From Erysipelotrichaceae bacterium (lineage in GTDB: Bacteria > Bacillota_I > Bacilli_A > RFN20 > CAG-826): a stretch of 64,000 nucleotides of DNA. Below the pieces are notes generated by a model. It saw only the letters and a list, made by a program, of their open reading frames with translations, was not told the DNA's origin and ran no database searches. The DNA lies in the NCBI GenBank assembly GCA_015059185.1, contig SVAY01000008.1, positions 1,587 to 65,586 on the forward strand, read 5' to 3'. How positions within the stretch are numbered: position 1 is the first letter of the stretch; every line of letters starts with the position of its first letter. Of this stretch, positions 19,413 through 31,790 are shown piece by piece. Both the position numbers and the translations under genes were made by a program.

Positions 19413-22400
19413 TTAAGCGTTATGCTTTTTTTCCATTTTTTGTTTGATTTCGTAGAGGGTACGGTCATGACCTTCGATATATCTATCGGTCACTTCTTGC
19501 ATTGCGCTTTCAACGGAGAATGAATCCACTACTTTTTCAGCTTCTTCATCACTTAATAAGCCTCTACCAGCTGGGATAAGACGTCCAGTAATGACGTTTT
19601 CCTTTAAGCCGTGTAAGTAATCAGTCTTACCTTTAATAGCAGCATCTGTTAAGACTCTGGTTGTTTCTTGGAAGGAAGCAGCACTTAAGAAGGAGTCAGT
19701 TTCAAGAGCAGCCTTAGTAATACCTAAGATAAGTGGTGAGAAGACAGCTGGACGTTTACCTTCTAATATGGCTTGTTGGTTCTTAGCGGTGAAGGTATTG
19801 ATGCTGACTCTTGTACCAGCGAGCATATCGGTGTCACCACCATCGATGATGAACACTTTCTTAAGCATTTGCTTAACGATAACTTCGATGTGCTTATCAC
19901 TAATACCGATGTCTTGCGCACTATACACCTTTTGAACTTCTTTTAAGATGTAACGTTCAACTTCAGTGACATCACTGACTTCGAGTAATTTCTTAGGAGA
20001 AATTGCACCTTCAGTAATCTTACCACCGTTTTTCACGGTATCACCCTTCTTGACACGTAAACGTGCGCCATAAGGAGTGGTATAGACTTTTTCTTCTAAG
20101 TCATTAGCAACAGTGACTTGGAAACATTCGCCTTTTGGTTCAATGTTCTTCACTGTACCAGTAATTTCAGAGATGAGAGCTTCACCTTTTGGATTACGGG
20201 CTTCGAATAATTCTTGAACACGAGGGAGACCTTGAGTAATATCGCTACCAGCAACACCACCGGTATGGAAGGTTCTCATGGTTAATTGAGTACCAGGTTC
20301 ACCAATGGATTGAGCAGCCATAATACCAACGGCTTCACCAACCTCAACTTCTCTACCTGTGGCAAGGTTACGTCCATAACAGTGAGCACAGACGCCATCT
20401 TTAGTTTGACAGGTGAATAAGCTACGGATATCAACGTCTTTGATACCAGCATCAACAATGCGTTGAGCGGTTTCTTCGTTGATCATGGTGTTACCCTTAC
20501 ATAGTAATTCGCCAGTTTCAGGGTGATAGATATCATTTAATGCATATCTACCAACTAAACGGTCATATAATTTAACGATAATGGCATTACGAGATGTATC
20601 TCTAATTTCTTTAACGTTATAACCTTGGTCACTACCACAGTCGATTTCTCTAACAATAACGTCTTGAGAAACGTCAACTAATCTTCTAGTTAAGTAACCT
20701 GAGTCAGCGGTCTTAAGAGCGGTATCAGCACCACCCTTACGAGCACCGTGGGTCGCAATAAAGAATTCAGACACGCTCATACCTTCACGGAAACAGTTTT
20801 TAACTGGGAGTTCGATAGTACCACCAGAGGTGTTACCCATAAGACCTCTCATACCAGCTAATTGAGTAATGTTAGAGATATTACCACGAGCACCGGAATC
20901 ACTCATCATATAGATTGGATTCTTGTTATCGAGTTTCCATTCAGCTTGTAAACGGTCACGAACGGTCTTAAGGACATCGTTCCAAACCTTACAAACTTGG
21001 AGGTGTCTTTCGTTATCGGTTAATAAACCGAGAGCGAACATTTCTTTGATTTCTTCGACCTTCTTATCACCTTCTGCTAAGATTTCTTTCTTACCAGAGA
21101 CGACTGGAACGTCACTAATGGAGACGGTAAATCCAGCAACAGTCGCGTATTGGAAACCAATATCTTTCATCTTATCAAGGACGGATGAAGTCTTTGGATT
21201 ACCTTTACGATCATAACGTTGGAAGATTTCGTTAATAATCTTACCTAAATCCTTTTTCTTGAATGGTTCATATAAAGGTTGGTTAGCGATGTATTCCTTG
21301 ATATTGGTACCCATTGGTACAAAGTAAGAAGGAATATTCTTTTCTAAGTTTTCTTTATTCACGACATTTAAGAATGGGAAATCGTTAGGGAAGATTTGGT
21401 TAAAGATGATTTTACCAACAGAAGTGATTAAATAGCCATCACTCATATCTTGAGATAAGCCTTCCTTATGGATGTGTTTACCTCTGATTGCAATTCTATT
21501 GTGTAAATGGATTTGTTTGGTTTGATAAGCAAGTAAGACGTGATTAACGTGTTTGAAGACTTTACCTTCACTAGCCGCGTATAATTCATATCTTTCTGCT
21601 TCTTCCTCTTCGCCACGGGCTCTAAGGACCTTGGCTTTTTCAAGGAATTCATCTTTGGTTTCTTCAATGGTTAAGTAGTAGTTACCTAAAACCATGTCTT
21701 GGGATGGGGTAACGATTGGTTTTCCATCTTTAGGACCTAAGATGTTATTAGAAGCTAACATTAAGTGTAAAGCTTCTTCTTGTGCTGCTTTACTTAGTGG
21801 GACGTGAACCGCCATTTGGTCACCATCGAAGTCAGCGTTAAAACCGGTACAAACGAGTGGGTGTAAACGGATGGCTCTACCATCAACTAAGCGTGGTTGG
21901 AAGGCTTGGATACCAAGTCTATGTAAAGTAGGAGCACGGTTAAGTAAGACTGGGTGCTTACTGATGATTCTTTCAATGATATCAAAGACACAGTCTTCAT
22001 ATCTATCGATGATCTTATCAGCTTGTTTATGAGCAGTAGCCTTTTTATCTTTAAGTAATTCACAGGCGATGAATGGTCTTAAGAGTTGAATGGCCATTTC
22101 TCTTGGGAGTCCACATTCATACATCTTTAAGGTTGGTCCGACAGCGATAACTGAACGACCAGAGTAGTCAACACGCTTACCAAGTAAGTTTTGTCTGAAT
22201 CTACCTTGTTTACCTTTAAGTCCACTACTTAAGCTCTTGAGAGCTCTTCCACCTGGACCAGTAACTGGTTTATTTCTTCTACCGTTATCGATTAAAGCGT
22301 CAACAGCTTCTTGAAGCATACGCTTTTCGTTAATAAGAATAACGGTTGGGGAATTCATATCGATTAATTTCTTTAAACGATTGTTTCTTGAAATAACTCT

Positions 22401-23324
22401 ACGATATAAATCATTTAAGTCACTAGAAGCGTATCTACCTCCATCGAGTTGGAGCATTGGTCTAAGATCTGGTGGAATGACTGGAATAACATCAAGTACC
22501 ATCCATTCAGGTCTATTTTTACTAGTTCTAAAGGCTTCGATGACTTCAAGTTGCTTTGTATATTTTGCTCTTTGAAGTGGGGAAGTATCTTTAATCTTGC
22601 TAGCAATTTCTTCGGCTTCTTTATCTAAGTCGACTTCTTGGAGTAAACGCTTAATGGCGCTTGCACCTTCAGAGAATTCACATCCAGCATATTTATGAGC
22701 GAAATAGCTCACAGAGAAGAAGTCAAAGACTTCATATGGGTTTCTAAGTCTAGAAAGTAATTCTTCACTTCTAAGATAATCATCGCTTCCTGGAACAAGA
22801 CCGAATGAATCAGCGTTCTTTTGAATTTCTTCGATGATATCGATGAAGATTTCTCTACCATTTCTTTCAGAAATGACTTTACGGTAGCTCACTTTTGTGC
22901 TCTTACCTGGATTTAAACAGATATGAGCGGCATAGTAAGTCACTTCTTCGAGTTCTTTTGGTGAGATACCTAAGAGTAAACCGATACGGGATGGAATACC
23001 TTTTAAATACCAAATATGTGTACATGGAGAAGCGAGTTGGATATGACCCATTCTTTCTCTACGGACATCTTTAGTTGTAATTTCAACGCCACACTTTTCA
23101 CAAGTAAGACCAGCATATCTAATCTTCTTATATTTACCACAGTGACATTCATAATCTTTAGATGGACCAAAGATTTTTTCGCAGCAAAGACCATCCATTT
23201 CAGGTTTTTGGCTACGATAGTTAACAGTCTCAGGTTTAGTAACTTCACCATGAGACCAGCTTCTAATCGTTTCTGGAGAAGCTAAGCCCACTTGAATAGC
23301 GGCTAATTTCTTTACGTCAAACAT
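19413..23324 (-). CDS. rpoC: RNA polymerase beta' subunit
   Basis: [39 protein letters not shown]. Confidence 0.99.
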   Translation of the reverse strand: MFDVKKLAAIQVGLASPETIRSWSHGEVTKPETVNYRSQKPEMDGLCCEKIFGPSKDYECHCGKYKKIRYAGLTCEKCGVEITTKDVRRERMGHIQLASPCTHIWYLKGIPSRIGLLLGISPKELEEVTYYAAHICLNPGKSTKVSYRKVISERNGREIFIDIIEEIQKNADSFGLVPGSDDYLRSEELLSRLRNPYEVFDFFSVSYFAHKYAGCEFSEGASAIKRLLQEVDLDKEAEEIASKIKDTSPLQRAKYTKQLEVIEAFRTSKNRPEWMVLDVIPVIPPDLRPMLQLDGGRYASSDLNDLYRRVISRNNRLKKLIDMNSPTVILINEKRMLQEAVDALIDNGRRNKPVTGPGGRALKSLSSGLKGKQGRFRQNLLGKRVDYSGRSVIAVGPTLKMYECGLPREMAIQLLRPFIACELLKDKKATAHKQADKIIDRYEDCVFDIIERIISKHPVLLNRAPTLHRLGIQAFQPRLVDGRAIRLHPLVCTGFNADFDGDQMAVHVPLSKAAQEEALHLMLASNNILGPKDGKPIVTPSQDMVLGNYYLTIEETKDEFLEKAKVLRARGEEEEAERYELYAASEGKVFKHVNHVLLAYQTKQIHLHNRIAIRGKHIHKEGLSQDMSDGYLITSVGKIIFNQIFPNDFPFLNVVNKENLEKNIPSYFVPMGTNIKEYIANQPLYEPFKKKDLGKIINEIFQRYDRKGNPKTSSVLDKMKDIGFQYATVAGFTVSISDVPVVSGKKEILAEGDKKVEEIKEMFALGLLTDNERHLQVCKVWNDVLKTVRDRLQAEWKLDNKNPIYMMSDSGARGNISNITQLAGMRGLMGNTSGGTIELPVKNCFREGMSVSEFFIATHGARKGGADTALKTADSGYLTRRLVDVSQDVIVREIDCGSDQGYNVKEIRDTSRNAIIVKLYDRLVGRYALNDIYHPETGELLCKGNTMINEETAQRIVDAGIKDVDIRSLFTCQTKDGVCAHCYGRNLATGREVEVGEAVGIMAAQSIGEPGTQLTMRTFHTGGVAGSDITQGLPRVQELFEARNPKGEALISEITGTVKNIEPKGECFQVTVANDLEEKVYTTPYGARLRVKKGDTVKNGGKITEGAISPKKLLEVSDVTEVERYILKEVQKVYSAQDIGISDKHIEVIVKQMLKKVFIIDGGDTDMLAGTRVSINTFTAKNQQAILEGKRPAVFSPLILGITKAALETDSFLSAASFQETTRVLTDAAIKGKTDYLHGLKENVITGRLIPAGRGLLSDEEAEKVVDSFSVESAMQEVTDRYIEGHDRTLYEIKQKMEKKHNA

Positions 23325-23343
23325 TATTCATTCCTCCCTTCAA

Positions 23344-26300
23344 TTAAAAGCTATCTTTATCGGAGAAAGTTGTTGTTAAATCAGCTTCTTCGACACCGTT
23401 TTCAACTTCTCCTTCACCAGTAAGTTTACGGATGGAGTCGTTGGTACGTTTTTCTTCTTTTTGGACTTCTTTAGCAAGAGCGACCATATCGATTGGTTCA
23501 CCAGTATTGTCAATTAAGTTGACATCCATGGCTAAGCCTTGCATTTCTTTGATTAAGACCTTGAAGGCCTCTGGGATACCTGGTTTTGGTAAGGCATTAC
23601 CCTTAATGATGGCTTCATATGTCTTTCTTCTACCAACACGGTCATCAGATTTGACAGTGATGATTTCTTGAAGGACGTGAGCAGCACCATAAGCTTCAAG
23701 GGCCCAAACTTCCATTTCACCGAATCTTTGACCACCGTTTTGGGCTTTACCACCAAGAGGTTGTTGAGTAACAAGTGAATATGGACCAGTGGCACGAGCA
23801 TGTAATTTATCATCGACCATGTGGACGAGTTTAATCATGTACATGACACCGACTGTAATTCTTTCATCGAATCTTTCACCAGTTCTTCCATCATAAAGTA
23901 CTGTTTTGCCGTCTGGAGCCATCTCTGCTTGTTTCATTAAATCAAAGATTTCTTCATTGGTAATACCATCGAAAACTGGGGTCGCAACTCGATAGCCAAG
24001 TTTCTTAAGAGCCATACCTAAATGGACTTCTAAGATTTGACCGATATTCATACGAGATGGAACACCGAGTGGGTTGAGCATGATGTCAACTGGGGTACCA
24101 TCTGGAAGGAATGGCATATCTTGGACTGGTAAGATACGGGAGATAACACCCTTATTACCGTGACGTCCAGACATCTTATCACCTTCACTGATTTTTCTCT
24201 TTTGAACGATATAAACTCTTACGACTTCGTTCACACCTGGTGGAAGTTCGTTCTCGTTATTCTTGCCTTCACGTTTGAGGACTTTAACATCAAGAACAAT
24301 ACCAGCACCACCGTGAGGAACACGTAAGGATGCATCTTTACCTTCTTTTGGATTCTTACCAAAGATGGCCATTAAGAGTTTTTCTTCTGGGGTTGGTTCA
24401 GTTTGACCCTTTGGTGTCACTTTACCAACTAAGATATCGCCTTCTTTCACTTCACTACCAATAGTGACGATACCTCTTTCGTCTAAGTGAGCTTTTGCTT
24501 CCGCACTGACGTTAGGGATATCAGCGGTGATTTCTTCATCACCGAGTTTATTAATAGAACGACATTCTAATTCATATTTTTCAATATGGATACTTGTATA
24601 AGTATCATCTTTCACAAGTCTTTCGCTCATGATGACAGCGTCTTCATAGTTATAACCGTTCCATGTCATGAAGGCGATGGTCACGTTTTGACCTAAGGCG
24701 AGGTCACCATTTTGCATAGCAGGTCCATCAGCGATGATTTGTCCACGTTTGACTTCATCACCAGCTTTGACGATGCTCACTTGGTTAATACATGTACCTT
24801 GGTTACTTCTTTCGAATTTTTGAAGTTGATAGGTACGTGGTTCTTTACTACCTTTTTCCTTAATTTTAATCACGCGTGAATCGGTATAGGTGACTAAACC
24901 ATCTTCGCTAGCGACGACAGCGAGACCACTATCACGAGCGATTTGATGTTCAAGACCAGTACCAACGAGTGGAGCGTGTGGTTGGAGTAAAGGTAAGGCT
25001 TGACGTTGCATGTTAGCACCCATAAGAGCACGAGTAGTATCGTCGTTCTCTAAGAATGGAATACATCCAGCAGCGATAGAAACGATTTGCTTTGGAGAAA
25101 CGTCAACGTAATCGACATCTTCTCTAGCGGCTAAAACGTTTTCACCTTTATATCTAGCGATAACTTGTTCATCAAGAATTTCTCCGTTAGGACCGAGATT
25201 GATGTTCGCTTCAGCGATGACATAATCCCATTCTTGATCAGCACTAAGATATTCACTATCTTCAGCTTTGTTTAAAACTCTATGAGTTGCTTTATCAACT
25301 CTTCTATATGGAGTTTCAATAAAGCCATATTTATTGACCTTAGCATAGCTAGCTAAGTTGTTGATTAAACCGATGTTTTGACCTTCAGGTGTTTCAATAG
25401 GACAAATTCTACCATAGTGGGAGACATGAACGTCACGGACTTCAGTAGAAGCTCTATCTCTAGTTAAACCACCAGGACCTAAAGCGGATAATCTACGTTT
25501 ATTGGTTAATTCTGCAAGTGGGTTAGTTTGATCCATGAACTGGCTCAATTGTGAGCTAGCAAAGAATTCACGAATGCTTGCAGTTAATGGTCTGATGTTG
25601 ATTAAAGCCTTTGGCTTCACATTTCCAGTATCAGAAATGGACATCTTTTGTTGGACGGTCTTAACCATCTTGGCTAAACCGACACGGAATTGGTTTTGAA
25701 TTAATTCACCAACACATCTAACTCTTCTATTACCTAAGTGGTCGATATCATCAGTAGTACCGATACCATCTTGGATGTTTAAGAAATAGGAGAAGATAGC
25801 GAAGATATCAGAAATAGTGACATGGATACAGGTGCTATTTAAGTTAGTACCAACGATCACACACTTCTTTTCTTTCTTTTCGTTAGCGTAGACTTTAACT
25901 ACGTTGACAGTGCCATCGTTATCTAAACGTTCGTTGACTTTAAGATGTTTGGTGTGGGCTCCTTTTTCAAAGAACTCTTCGTTTCTTAAAGCATCGACAT
26001 CTTCAACGGTTAATAAATGATCTTTTTCAAATCTAATTTCACCTTCACTGTCGACTAAATTTTCCGCTAAGACACAGCCTGGTAAACGTTGATAGATACC
26101 AAGTTTCTTAATGAATTTGAATCTACCAGCACGACCTAAGTCATATCTCTTAGCATCGAAGAATTTTTGATATAAGAAGTTATAGATACCATCATCAGTA
26201 ACAGGTTCACCACTCTTCATCTTCTTGAAGATATCGACTAAAGCGGCTTTGCTGCTCTTGATTTTAGCGTCTTCGTCTTTTTCTAATGTATTAGAAAGGG

Positions 26301-26946
26301 CTTCACTACGGCCAAACAAACCAATGATATCATCACTGGTTTCGAGTCCTAAGGCTCTAATTAAGGTTGTAGCGTGGATCTTTCTTTGACGGTCAATACG
26401 GACAGATAAGACATCTTTGCTATCAGTTTCGAATTGTAACCAAGTACCTCTACCTGGGATTAAATCGGCTTCATAGAATAATTTACCTGCGCGATTTTCC
26501 TTACTCATATAAGCGCCTGGGGAACGCACGAGTTGTGAAACGATAACTCTTTCAGCACCATTGACGATGAATGTACCAGAATTAGTCATCATTGGGAATT
26601 CACCCATATAAACTTCACTCTCTTGAATTTCACCAGTATCTTTGTGAATTAATTGTAATTTAGCGTAGATAGATACACTATAAGTGGTATCTCTAGCCTT
26701 ACATTCTAAGAATGTATGTTTTGGTTCTTCAAGTCTACAGCTCACATAATCAATTGATAATGTTCCACTATAGTTGACGATTGGGAAAGCTTCTCTAAAG
26801 ACTTCATCCAATCCTTTTTCCTTGAATTCCTTATATGAACTTGTTTGGATTTCAACAAGGTTAGGAAGTGAAAGTTCACCACTGATCTTGCTATAGTCCT
26901 TACGTCCATTATTAAGTTCTTTTAATGTTTTAATGTCTCGTGGCAT
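23344..26946 (-). CDS. rpoB: RNA polymerase beta subunit
   Basis: [37 protein letters not shown]. Confidence 0.99.
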   Translation of the reverse strand: MPRDIKTLKELNNGRKDYSKISGELSLPNLVEIQTSSYKEFKEKGLDEVFREAFPIVNYSGTLSIDYVSCRLEEPKHTFLECKARDTTYSVSIYAKLQLIHKDTGEIQESEVYMGEFPMMTNSGTFIVNGAERVIVSQLVRSPGAYMSKENRAGKLFYEADLIPGRGTWLQFETDSKDVLSVRIDRQRKIHATTLIRALGLETSDDIIGLFGRSEALSNTLEKDEDAKIKSSKAALVDIFKKMKSGEPVTDDGIYNFLYQKFFDAKRYDLGRAGRFKFIKKLGIYQRLPGCVLAENLVDSEGEIRFEKDHLLTVEDVDALRNEEFFEKGAHTKHLKVNERLDNDGTVNVVKVYANEKKEKKCVIVGTNLNSTCIHVTISDIFAIFSYFLNIQDGIGTTDDIDHLGNRRVRCVGELIQNQFRVGLAKMVKTVQQKMSISDTGNVKPKALINIRPLTASIREFFASSQLSQFMDQTNPLAELTNKRRLSALGPGGLTRDRASTEVRDVHVSHYGRICPIETPEGQNIGLINNLASYAKVNKYGFIETPYRRVDKATHRVLNKAEDSEYLSADQEWDYVIAEANINLGPNGEILDEQVIARYKGENVLAAREDVDYVDVSPKQIVSIAAGCIPFLENDDTTRALMGANMQRQALPLLQPHAPLVGTGLEHQIARDSGLAVVASEDGLVTYTDSRVIKIKEKGSKEPRTYQLQKFERSNQGTCINQVSIVKAGDEVKRGQIIADGPAMQNGDLALGQNVTIAFMTWNGYNYEDAVIMSERLVKDDTYTSIHIEKYELECRSINKLGDEEITADIPNVSAEAKAHLDERGIVTIGSEVKEGDILVGKVTPKGQTEPTPEEKLLMAIFGKNPKEGKDASLRVPHGGAGIVLDVKVLKREGKNNENELPPGVNEVVRVYIVQKRKISEGDKMSGRHGNKGVISRILPVQDMPFLPDGTPVDIMLNPLGVPSRMNIGQILEVHLGMALKKLGYRVATPVFDGITNEEIFDLMKQAEMAPDGKTVLYDGRTGERFDERITVGVMYMIKLVHMVDDKLHARATGPYSLVTQQPLGGKAQNGGQRFGEMEVWALEAYGAAHVLQEIITVKSDDRVGRRKTYEAIIKGNALPKPGIPEAFKVLIKEMQGLAMDVNLIDNTGEPIDMVALAKEVQKEEKRTNDSIRKLTGEGEVENGVEEADLTTTFSDKDSF

Positions 26947-27570
26947 TTATTGGCCTCCTTTTGATACGGTTGCTTCATTCGTAGCTTTATAAATGTGGTA
27001 ACCCTTCTTACGGGCTAAGAGAGTAATGTTTCCAAATACTTCTTTGACGTATTGAGAAGCACTACTTGCCCCCTGGGCTTTCCTAATTACAAAGTAGAAT
27101 TGGCCTCCACCTACTAAATGCTCTTTTGCTTCCTTATACATAGTATAAGTAACTTTCTTACCCGCACGTATTGGCGGATTAAGAATGATTGCATCGAATT
27201 TCCCTTCAATACTGGAATAGATGTCACTTTGAAGGCATGTGACTCTACTACTTAAGTTTAATAGTTCCGCGTTTTTAGCGCATAACGTGACTGCGCGCGG
27301 ATTAATATCTGCAAGCACGAGGCTTGCACTAGGTGAATATAAACCAATACTTAAGCCAATTGGTCCATACCCACATCCTAAGTCGAGTATCCTCCCAGTT
27401 AGACCTAGAGGGAGTAGGGTTTCAATTAAGATTCTACTCCCTTCATCTAACTTGCTTTTGGAAAATACCCCGTTATCGGTATAAAGAGCAATTTTACGCC
27501 CTGAAATTACGAATTCTATGAGTCGTTCTTTAGATTCTAAAGAAGGATCCAAATCGTAATAATGGGCCAT
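26947..27570 (-). CDS. Class I SAM methyltransferase, RsmC-like/YbxB
   Basis: LDLGCGYG, NPPIRAGK; conserved position between rplL and rpoB. Probable start MAHYY at 27570. Confidence 0.88.
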   Translation of the reverse strand: MAHYYDLDPSLESKERLIEFVISGRKIALYTDNGVFSKSKLDEGSRILIETLLPLGLTGRILDLGCGYGPIGLSIGLYSPSASLVLADINPRAVTLCAKNAELLNLSSRVTCLQSDIYSSIEGKFDAIILNPPIRAGKKVTYTMYKEAKEHLVGGGQFYFVIRKAQGASSASQYVKEVFGNITLLARKKGYHIYKATNEATVSKGGQ

Positions 27571-27602
27571 ACTCCCCCTCAATAACTAGGTGTTTAAGTT
27601 TA

Positions 27603-27980
27603 TTACTTAATTTCGACTTCAGCACCAGCAGCAACAAGAGCTTTCTTGTGTTCTTCAGCTTCGACTGGTGAGATTTTTTCTTTGATGTTGCATGGAGCAC
27701 CATCAACGAGTTTCTTAGCATCCATTAAGCCTAAGCCAGTGATAGCTTGGACAGCCTTGATGACTTGGACTTTGGTTGGGCCAGCGGCCTTTAATACTAA
27801 GTTGACTTCGGTTGGTCCGGCAGCAACTTCTTCTTCAGCTGGAGCAGCAGCGGCAGCAGCAACTGGAGCAGCAGCGGTAACACCGAATTCTTCTTCGACA
27901 GCCTTAACGAGTTCGTTTAATTCGACAACTGTCATTTCTTTTAATGAAGCGATAATTTCTTCTTTAGTTAATTTAGCCAT
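27603..27980 (-). CDS. rplL: 50S ribosomal protein L7/L12
   Basis: [37 protein letters not shown]. Confidence 0.97.
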   Translation of the reverse strand: MAKLTKEEIIASLKEMTVVELNELVKAVEEEFGVTAAAPVAAAAAAPAEEEVAAGPTEVNLVLKAAGPTKVQVIKAVQAITGLGLMDAKKLVDGAPCNIKEKISPVEAEEHKKALVAAGAEVEIK

Positions 27981-28002
27981 TGTTATTTCCTCCTAATTGG
28001 CA

Positions 28003-28491
28003 TTATTTTGCATCCGCAACAGCTTTAACAGCGCAAGCAAATTGACGGACAGGTGCTTGTAAGCACGATAAGAACATTGCTAAGAGACCTTCCTTGCTTG
28101 GTAACTTTGCAACTTCGTTAATGGTCTTTGCATCAACAACTTTACCTTCAACGACGCCGCCCTTAACCTTAAGGGTATCTCCGAATCTTTTGGCGTATTT
28201 AGCGATAACTTTTGGTCCATTGCTCACCTCTTTACTGAAGAAGATAGCGTTTGGTCCACTTAAGTATTCTTCTAAACCAGCATAACCGAGTTCTTTAGAA
28301 GCTCTTTCCACTAAAGAATTTTTGTAGACATACATACATGCTTCTTCAGCACGTAAAGCACGTCTTAATTCTTGGATTTGAGCAACGGTTAAACCACGAT
28401 ATTCAGCAACGACAAGAGTTTGACTTCCTTGTGCTCTGGTTTTAATTTCATTGACTACTTCTTGTTTCGCCTTTAAAACTTCTTGATTCAC
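28003..28491 (-). CDS. rplJ: 50S ribosomal protein L10
   Basis: EYRGLTV, VYKNSL, LPSKEGLL; GTG start. Confidence 0.96.
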   Translation of the reverse strand: MNQEVLKAKQEVVNEIKTRAQGSQTLVVAEYRGLTVAQIQELRRALRAEEACMYVYKNSLVERASKELGYAGLEEYLSGPNAIFFSKEVSNGPKVIAKYAKRFGDTLKVKGGVVEGKVVDAKTINEVAKLPSKEGLLAMFLSCLQAPVRQFACAVKAVADAK

Positions 28492-28499
28492 AGTTCTTG

Positions 28500-28610
28500 A
28501 CCTCCTTTTCTTGTTTGTTTAAGGATCCAATATACTTGAGTATTAGGAATGTATTTCCACACCTCGGTAACATTATTAAGACTACACGTCCGTTACGGTC
28601 TACGGTATAT
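28500..28610 (-). ncRNA. L10 leader (autogenous regulatory RNA)
   Basis: ACCGTAGAC...TTAA...TTACCGAGG core (28562-28606) in the rplA-rplJ spacer matches the L10-leader pattern. Confidence 0.8.
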
Positions 28611-28625
28611 TAGAATCTTTTGAGA

Positions 28626-29309
28626 TTAACGACCTTCAAATGTGAAGTGAATGGCTGGTCCCATGGTCGTATGAAGGACTGCATTCTTGATATATGTACC
28701 TTTGACGCTTGCTGGTCTAGCTTTGATAAGGGCTTCACATAGAGCCTTTAAGTTATCAGCAATCTTCTTGTCGTCGAATGAGACACGAGCGATAGAGACA
28801 TGCATATTTGCTTCTTTATCAACACGGTATTCAACTTTACCAGCTTTGATGTCTTTGATAGCCTTAGCAATATCCATAGAAACAGTACCAGTCTTTGGGT
28901 TTGGCATTAATCCTTTTGGACCTAAGGTTCTGGCTGCTTTACCGATTTCACCCATCATGTTTGGGGTAGCGACGATAACATCAAATTCGAACCAGTTTTC
29001 TTTTAAGATCTTTTCGATCATTTCTTTGCCACCTACGAAGTCAGCACCGGCTTCTTTAGCTTCTTCCACTTTGTCGGTGATAGCTAAGACTTTCTTGGTC
29101 TTACCGTTACCATGTGGGAGGACTAATGTGCCTCTAACTTGTTGGTCAGCAGCTTTTGGGTCAACGTTGAGATTGAAACTTGCTTCTACAGTTGCGTCAA
29201 ACTTGACTGTAGATGTTTCTTTGACTAATTTTGAAACTTCTTCGATACTGTAGAGTTTAGTAGCATCAACCTTTTTAGCGGCTTCTTGATATTTCTTTCC
29301 ACGTTTCAT
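28626..29309 (-). CDS. rplA: 50S ribosomal protein L1
   Basis: [26 protein letters not shown]. Confidence 0.97.
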   Translation of the reverse strand: MKRGKKYQEAAKKVDATKLYSIEEVSKLVKETSTVKFDATVEASFNLNVDPKAADQQVRGTLVLPHGNGKTKKVLAITDKVEEAKEAGADFVGGKEMIEKILKENWFEFDVIVATPNMMGEIGKAARTLGPKGLMPNPKTGTVSMDIAKAIKDIKAGKVEYRVDKEANMHVSIARVSFDDKKIADNLKALCEALIKARPASVKGTYIKNAVLHTTMGPAIHFTFEGR

Positions 29310-29323
29310 ATCGATTGTCCTTC

Positions 29324-29737
29324 TTATTCATCAATGGTGATGCCCATATTACGAGCACTACCTTCTACGACTTTCATAGCTGCCTCAACGTCATTGCAGT
29401 TTAAGTCTGGGAGTTTATACTCAGCGATTTGGCGGAGTTGGGCTTTGCTAATGTGGCCAACTTTAGTGGTCTTAGAGTTAGCGGAACCCTTTTGGATACC
29501 AGCAGCCTTGAGTAATAATGGGGCAACTGGGGAAGTTTTGATGACAAAATCGAATGTCTTGTCTTCATAGGCAGTGATGATAACTGGAACGATTTCACCC
29601 TTTCTATCAGCTGTCTTTGCATTAAAGTCGGTACAGAACTTTGGCATGACAACACCGGCAGAAGCGAGTTTTGGTCCTGGTTTAGCTTCGCCACCAGGGA
29701 GTTCCATCTTCACTACTTTAGCGATTTTTTTGCTCAC
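29324..29737 (-). CDS. rplK: 50S ribosomal protein L11
   Basis: [22 protein letters not shown]. True start is GTG 29737 after AAGGAGG. Confidence 0.95.
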   Translation of the reverse strand: MSKKIAKVVKMELPGGEAKPGPKLASAGVVMPKFCTDFNAKTADRKGEIVPVIITAYEDKTFDFVIKTSPVAPLLLKAAGIQKGSANSKTTKVGHISKAQLRQIAEYKLPDLNCNDVEAAMKVVEGSARNMGITIDE

Positions 29738-29766
29738 GTGATTTTCCTCCTTTTCTTCTTGGAATT

Positions 29767-29808
29767 TCCGTGCCGTGGTGTGATGAGTGATCGCCACTCT
29801 CCCACGGA
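29767..29808 (-). promoter_or_regulatory. Putative L1-binding leader of the rplK-rplA operon
   Basis: GTGGGAG-hairpin-ACACCAC pattern, resembling Firmicutes rplK leaders. Confidence 0.6.
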
Positions 29809-29852
29809 ACGCTACACAGCATTACATATCCGTAAATGCGACGTGCTTGAAA

Positions 29853-29882
29853 ATCATATCAAATATATGCGTGTGAGTGCAA
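29853..29882 (-). promoter_or_regulatory. Sigma70 promoter of the rplK operon
   Basis: TTGCAC-18 bp-TATGAT. Confidence 0.6.
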
Positions 29883-30342
29883 GTGTTTTTTTATAAAAAA
29901 GCATAATATAGGTGATTAACTATGTTAAAATCCACCATTACATATAGCTAAACAGTTTATCTTAAGACTACATAAAATTCGACACAAAAATCATTAATCT
30001 TGTCAGCCATAAAATATTGCTTTTTAATATGATAATTACCACTTTTGTTTTTAAAAGTTTTACGTGTATATTATAAATAATATTTGAATTGATTATTGCT
30101 TATTTATATTTATTTGTTTGATGATTATTTTTTCATTTATAAATCCTAGTTATTTCTCTTTTGATTTTTATCGTAAATATAGCAATAATTTCCTTAACTT
30201 ATACCATTATAACAGTGGGTATTGTGGAAAAATAAATTGTGTTGTGTTAATGTATCTAGGTAGGCTTGGTCAATGACCTTGTCTATTGAAAGATATACAG
30301 ATTAAATGTATATTTATTCCATTCCTTAATAGGAGGAAACTT

Positions 30343-31017
30343 ATGGCTAAAGAATCATACGCTGTTATCGGATTAGGTCAATTTGGTATTAGTATCGTTA
30401 ACGAACTTATCGCTTTAGGTAAAGATGTTCTTGCTATCGATAATGATCCAGATCAAGTAAAAAGGATTAGTGACGTCCTTCCAACAGCTTTCGTTTGTGA
30501 CTCCACTGATGAAGTTGCCCTTAATCAAGTTGAGATTAGAGATGCCGAATATGTCGTCATCGCTTATGGTGATAACCTTGAAGCCACTATTCTTACTACT
30601 GTCTTACTTAAAGATATGGGTGTCAAACACTTAATTGTCCGTGTTGATAATCCACAATATATCAATATTATTAAAAAGCTCGGTGCAGAAGAGATCATCT
30701 CTCCTCAACAAGCCGCAGGCATTGCTTTAGCGAACCGTATTGGTAACGAAGACTATAAAGACTTCTATAAACTTGATAAGAAGTTCTCTATTGTTTCTAT
30801 TGAAGTTAATCAAGACTTCTCTCCTCGTCCTCTTCAAGAAATGAACACCAAAAACTTATTCGGTGTTTCCTTGGTTCTTGTTAAAAGAGAAAATACAAGC
30901 TTTGTCCCTAGTGGTAAAGATAACATTCTTCCTGGTGATAACTTATTCGTTGTCGGCACTAGAAAAGAAGTTAGAGCCTTTAGAGAAGCCCTTAACGGTA
31001 AAAAACGTATTTGGTAA
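30343..31017 (+). CDS. TrkA/KtrA family potassium uptake regulatory subunit
   Basis: IGLGQFG Rossmann motif and RCK_C domain; start ATG 30343 after AGGAGG. Confidence 0.9.
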   Translation: MAKESYAVIGLGQFGISIVNELIALGKDVLAIDNDPDQVKRISDVLPTAFVCDSTDEVALNQVEIRDAEYVVIAYGDNLEATILTTVLLKDMGVKHLIVRVDNPQYINIIKKLGAEEIISPQQAAGIALANRIGNEDYKDFYKLDKKFSIVSIEVNQDFSPRPLQEMNTKNLFGVSLVLVKRENTSFVPSGKDNILPGDNLFVVGTRKEVRAFREALNGKKRIW

Positions 31018-31039
31018 TTATTGTTTACAATAAGAAGAT

Positions 31040-31068
31040 AGATGGAGATAACAATCCATCTTTTTCTT
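31040..31068 (+). terminator. Terminator after the TrkA gene
   Basis: AGATGGA-N8-TCCATCT followed by TTTTCTTT. Confidence 0.7.
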
Positions 31069-31145
31069 TAAAAAAATAAATTAAATCGCTTGCGACTTAT
31101 TTTTTCTTTATATATAATATAGGCAGTTGAAAGGAGAAATCAAAC

Positions 31146-31619
31146 ATGAGTATTTATGATTTCACAGTCAAGGACTACAAAGGAAATGAAGTTAGCCTTG
31201 AACAATATAGAGGTAAAACCTTATTAATCGTCAACACCGCTACTAAATGCGGATTCACACCACAATATGATGCCTTAGAAGCAATGTATGCTAAATATAA
31301 AGATAAGGGATTTGAAATCTTAGACTTCCCTTGCAATCAATTCTTCAAGCAAGCTCCAGGCACCAGCGAAGAAATCCACGATGCATGCGTATTAAGATTT
31401 ATGATTGCCTTCCCACAATTTGAAAAGATTGATGTTAACGGCAAAAATGAACACCCATTATACACATACTTAAAAGAAAACGCTCCAAAAGGAAAACAAG
31501 GACGTATAAAATGGAACTTCACCAAATTCTTAGTGAATAAAGACGGTGTCATCGTTGATAGATTTGGTCCAGCCGAAAAGCCAGAAAGCTTTGAAGATAA
31601 AGTGGCCGCTATCCTGTGA
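31146..31619 (+). CDS. Glutathione peroxidase family (Cys type)
   Basis: NTATKCGFTPQY, FPCNQF, WNFTKFLV. The stop codon lies within the IS right end. Confidence 0.93.
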   Translation: MSIYDFTVKDYKGNEVSLEQYRGKTLLIVNTATKCGFTPQYDALEAMYAKYKDKGFEILDFPCNQFFKQAPGTSEEIHDACVLRFMIAFPQFEKIDVNGKNEHPLYTYLKENAPKGKQGRIKWNFTKFLVNKDGVIVDRFGPAEKPESFEDKVAAIL

Positions 31620-31790
31620 ACTTACTCGGTAATTGAATTACCAAGTATCTGGGTTACATATTGGCGGATAATATCTTCCAATATATATCCATCTGGGTAG
31701 TTCCTACCCGATATCCCTACGTTACCAGCTTTCGCGTTCCAATTAATGTAATCTTCATTTAAAAACTGATCCGTTACAGGAATATATTCT
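31596..31790 (-). ncRNA. Predicted omega RNA (reRNA): scaffold overlapping the tnpB 3' end plus a flank-derived guide
   Basis: Hairpins GGGTAG-GAA-CTACCC and the right-end stem lie inside the tnpB C-terminal coding region. The guide position is inferred from known TnpB biology; the 5' end is a guess. Confidence 0.5.

Noticed and set aside
27646-29694. Long antisense or alternate-frame ORFs over rplL, rplJ, rplA and rplK (e.g. 28687-29253, 188 aa)
   Set aside because: Shadow ORFs produced by the strong codon bias of highly expressed genes; no RBS or domain features.
29883-30340. AT-rich 450 bp spacer: possible c-di-AMP riboswitch for the TrkA gene or a decayed gene where secE-nusG usually lie
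   Set aside because: No recognisable riboswitch motif and only very short ORFs.
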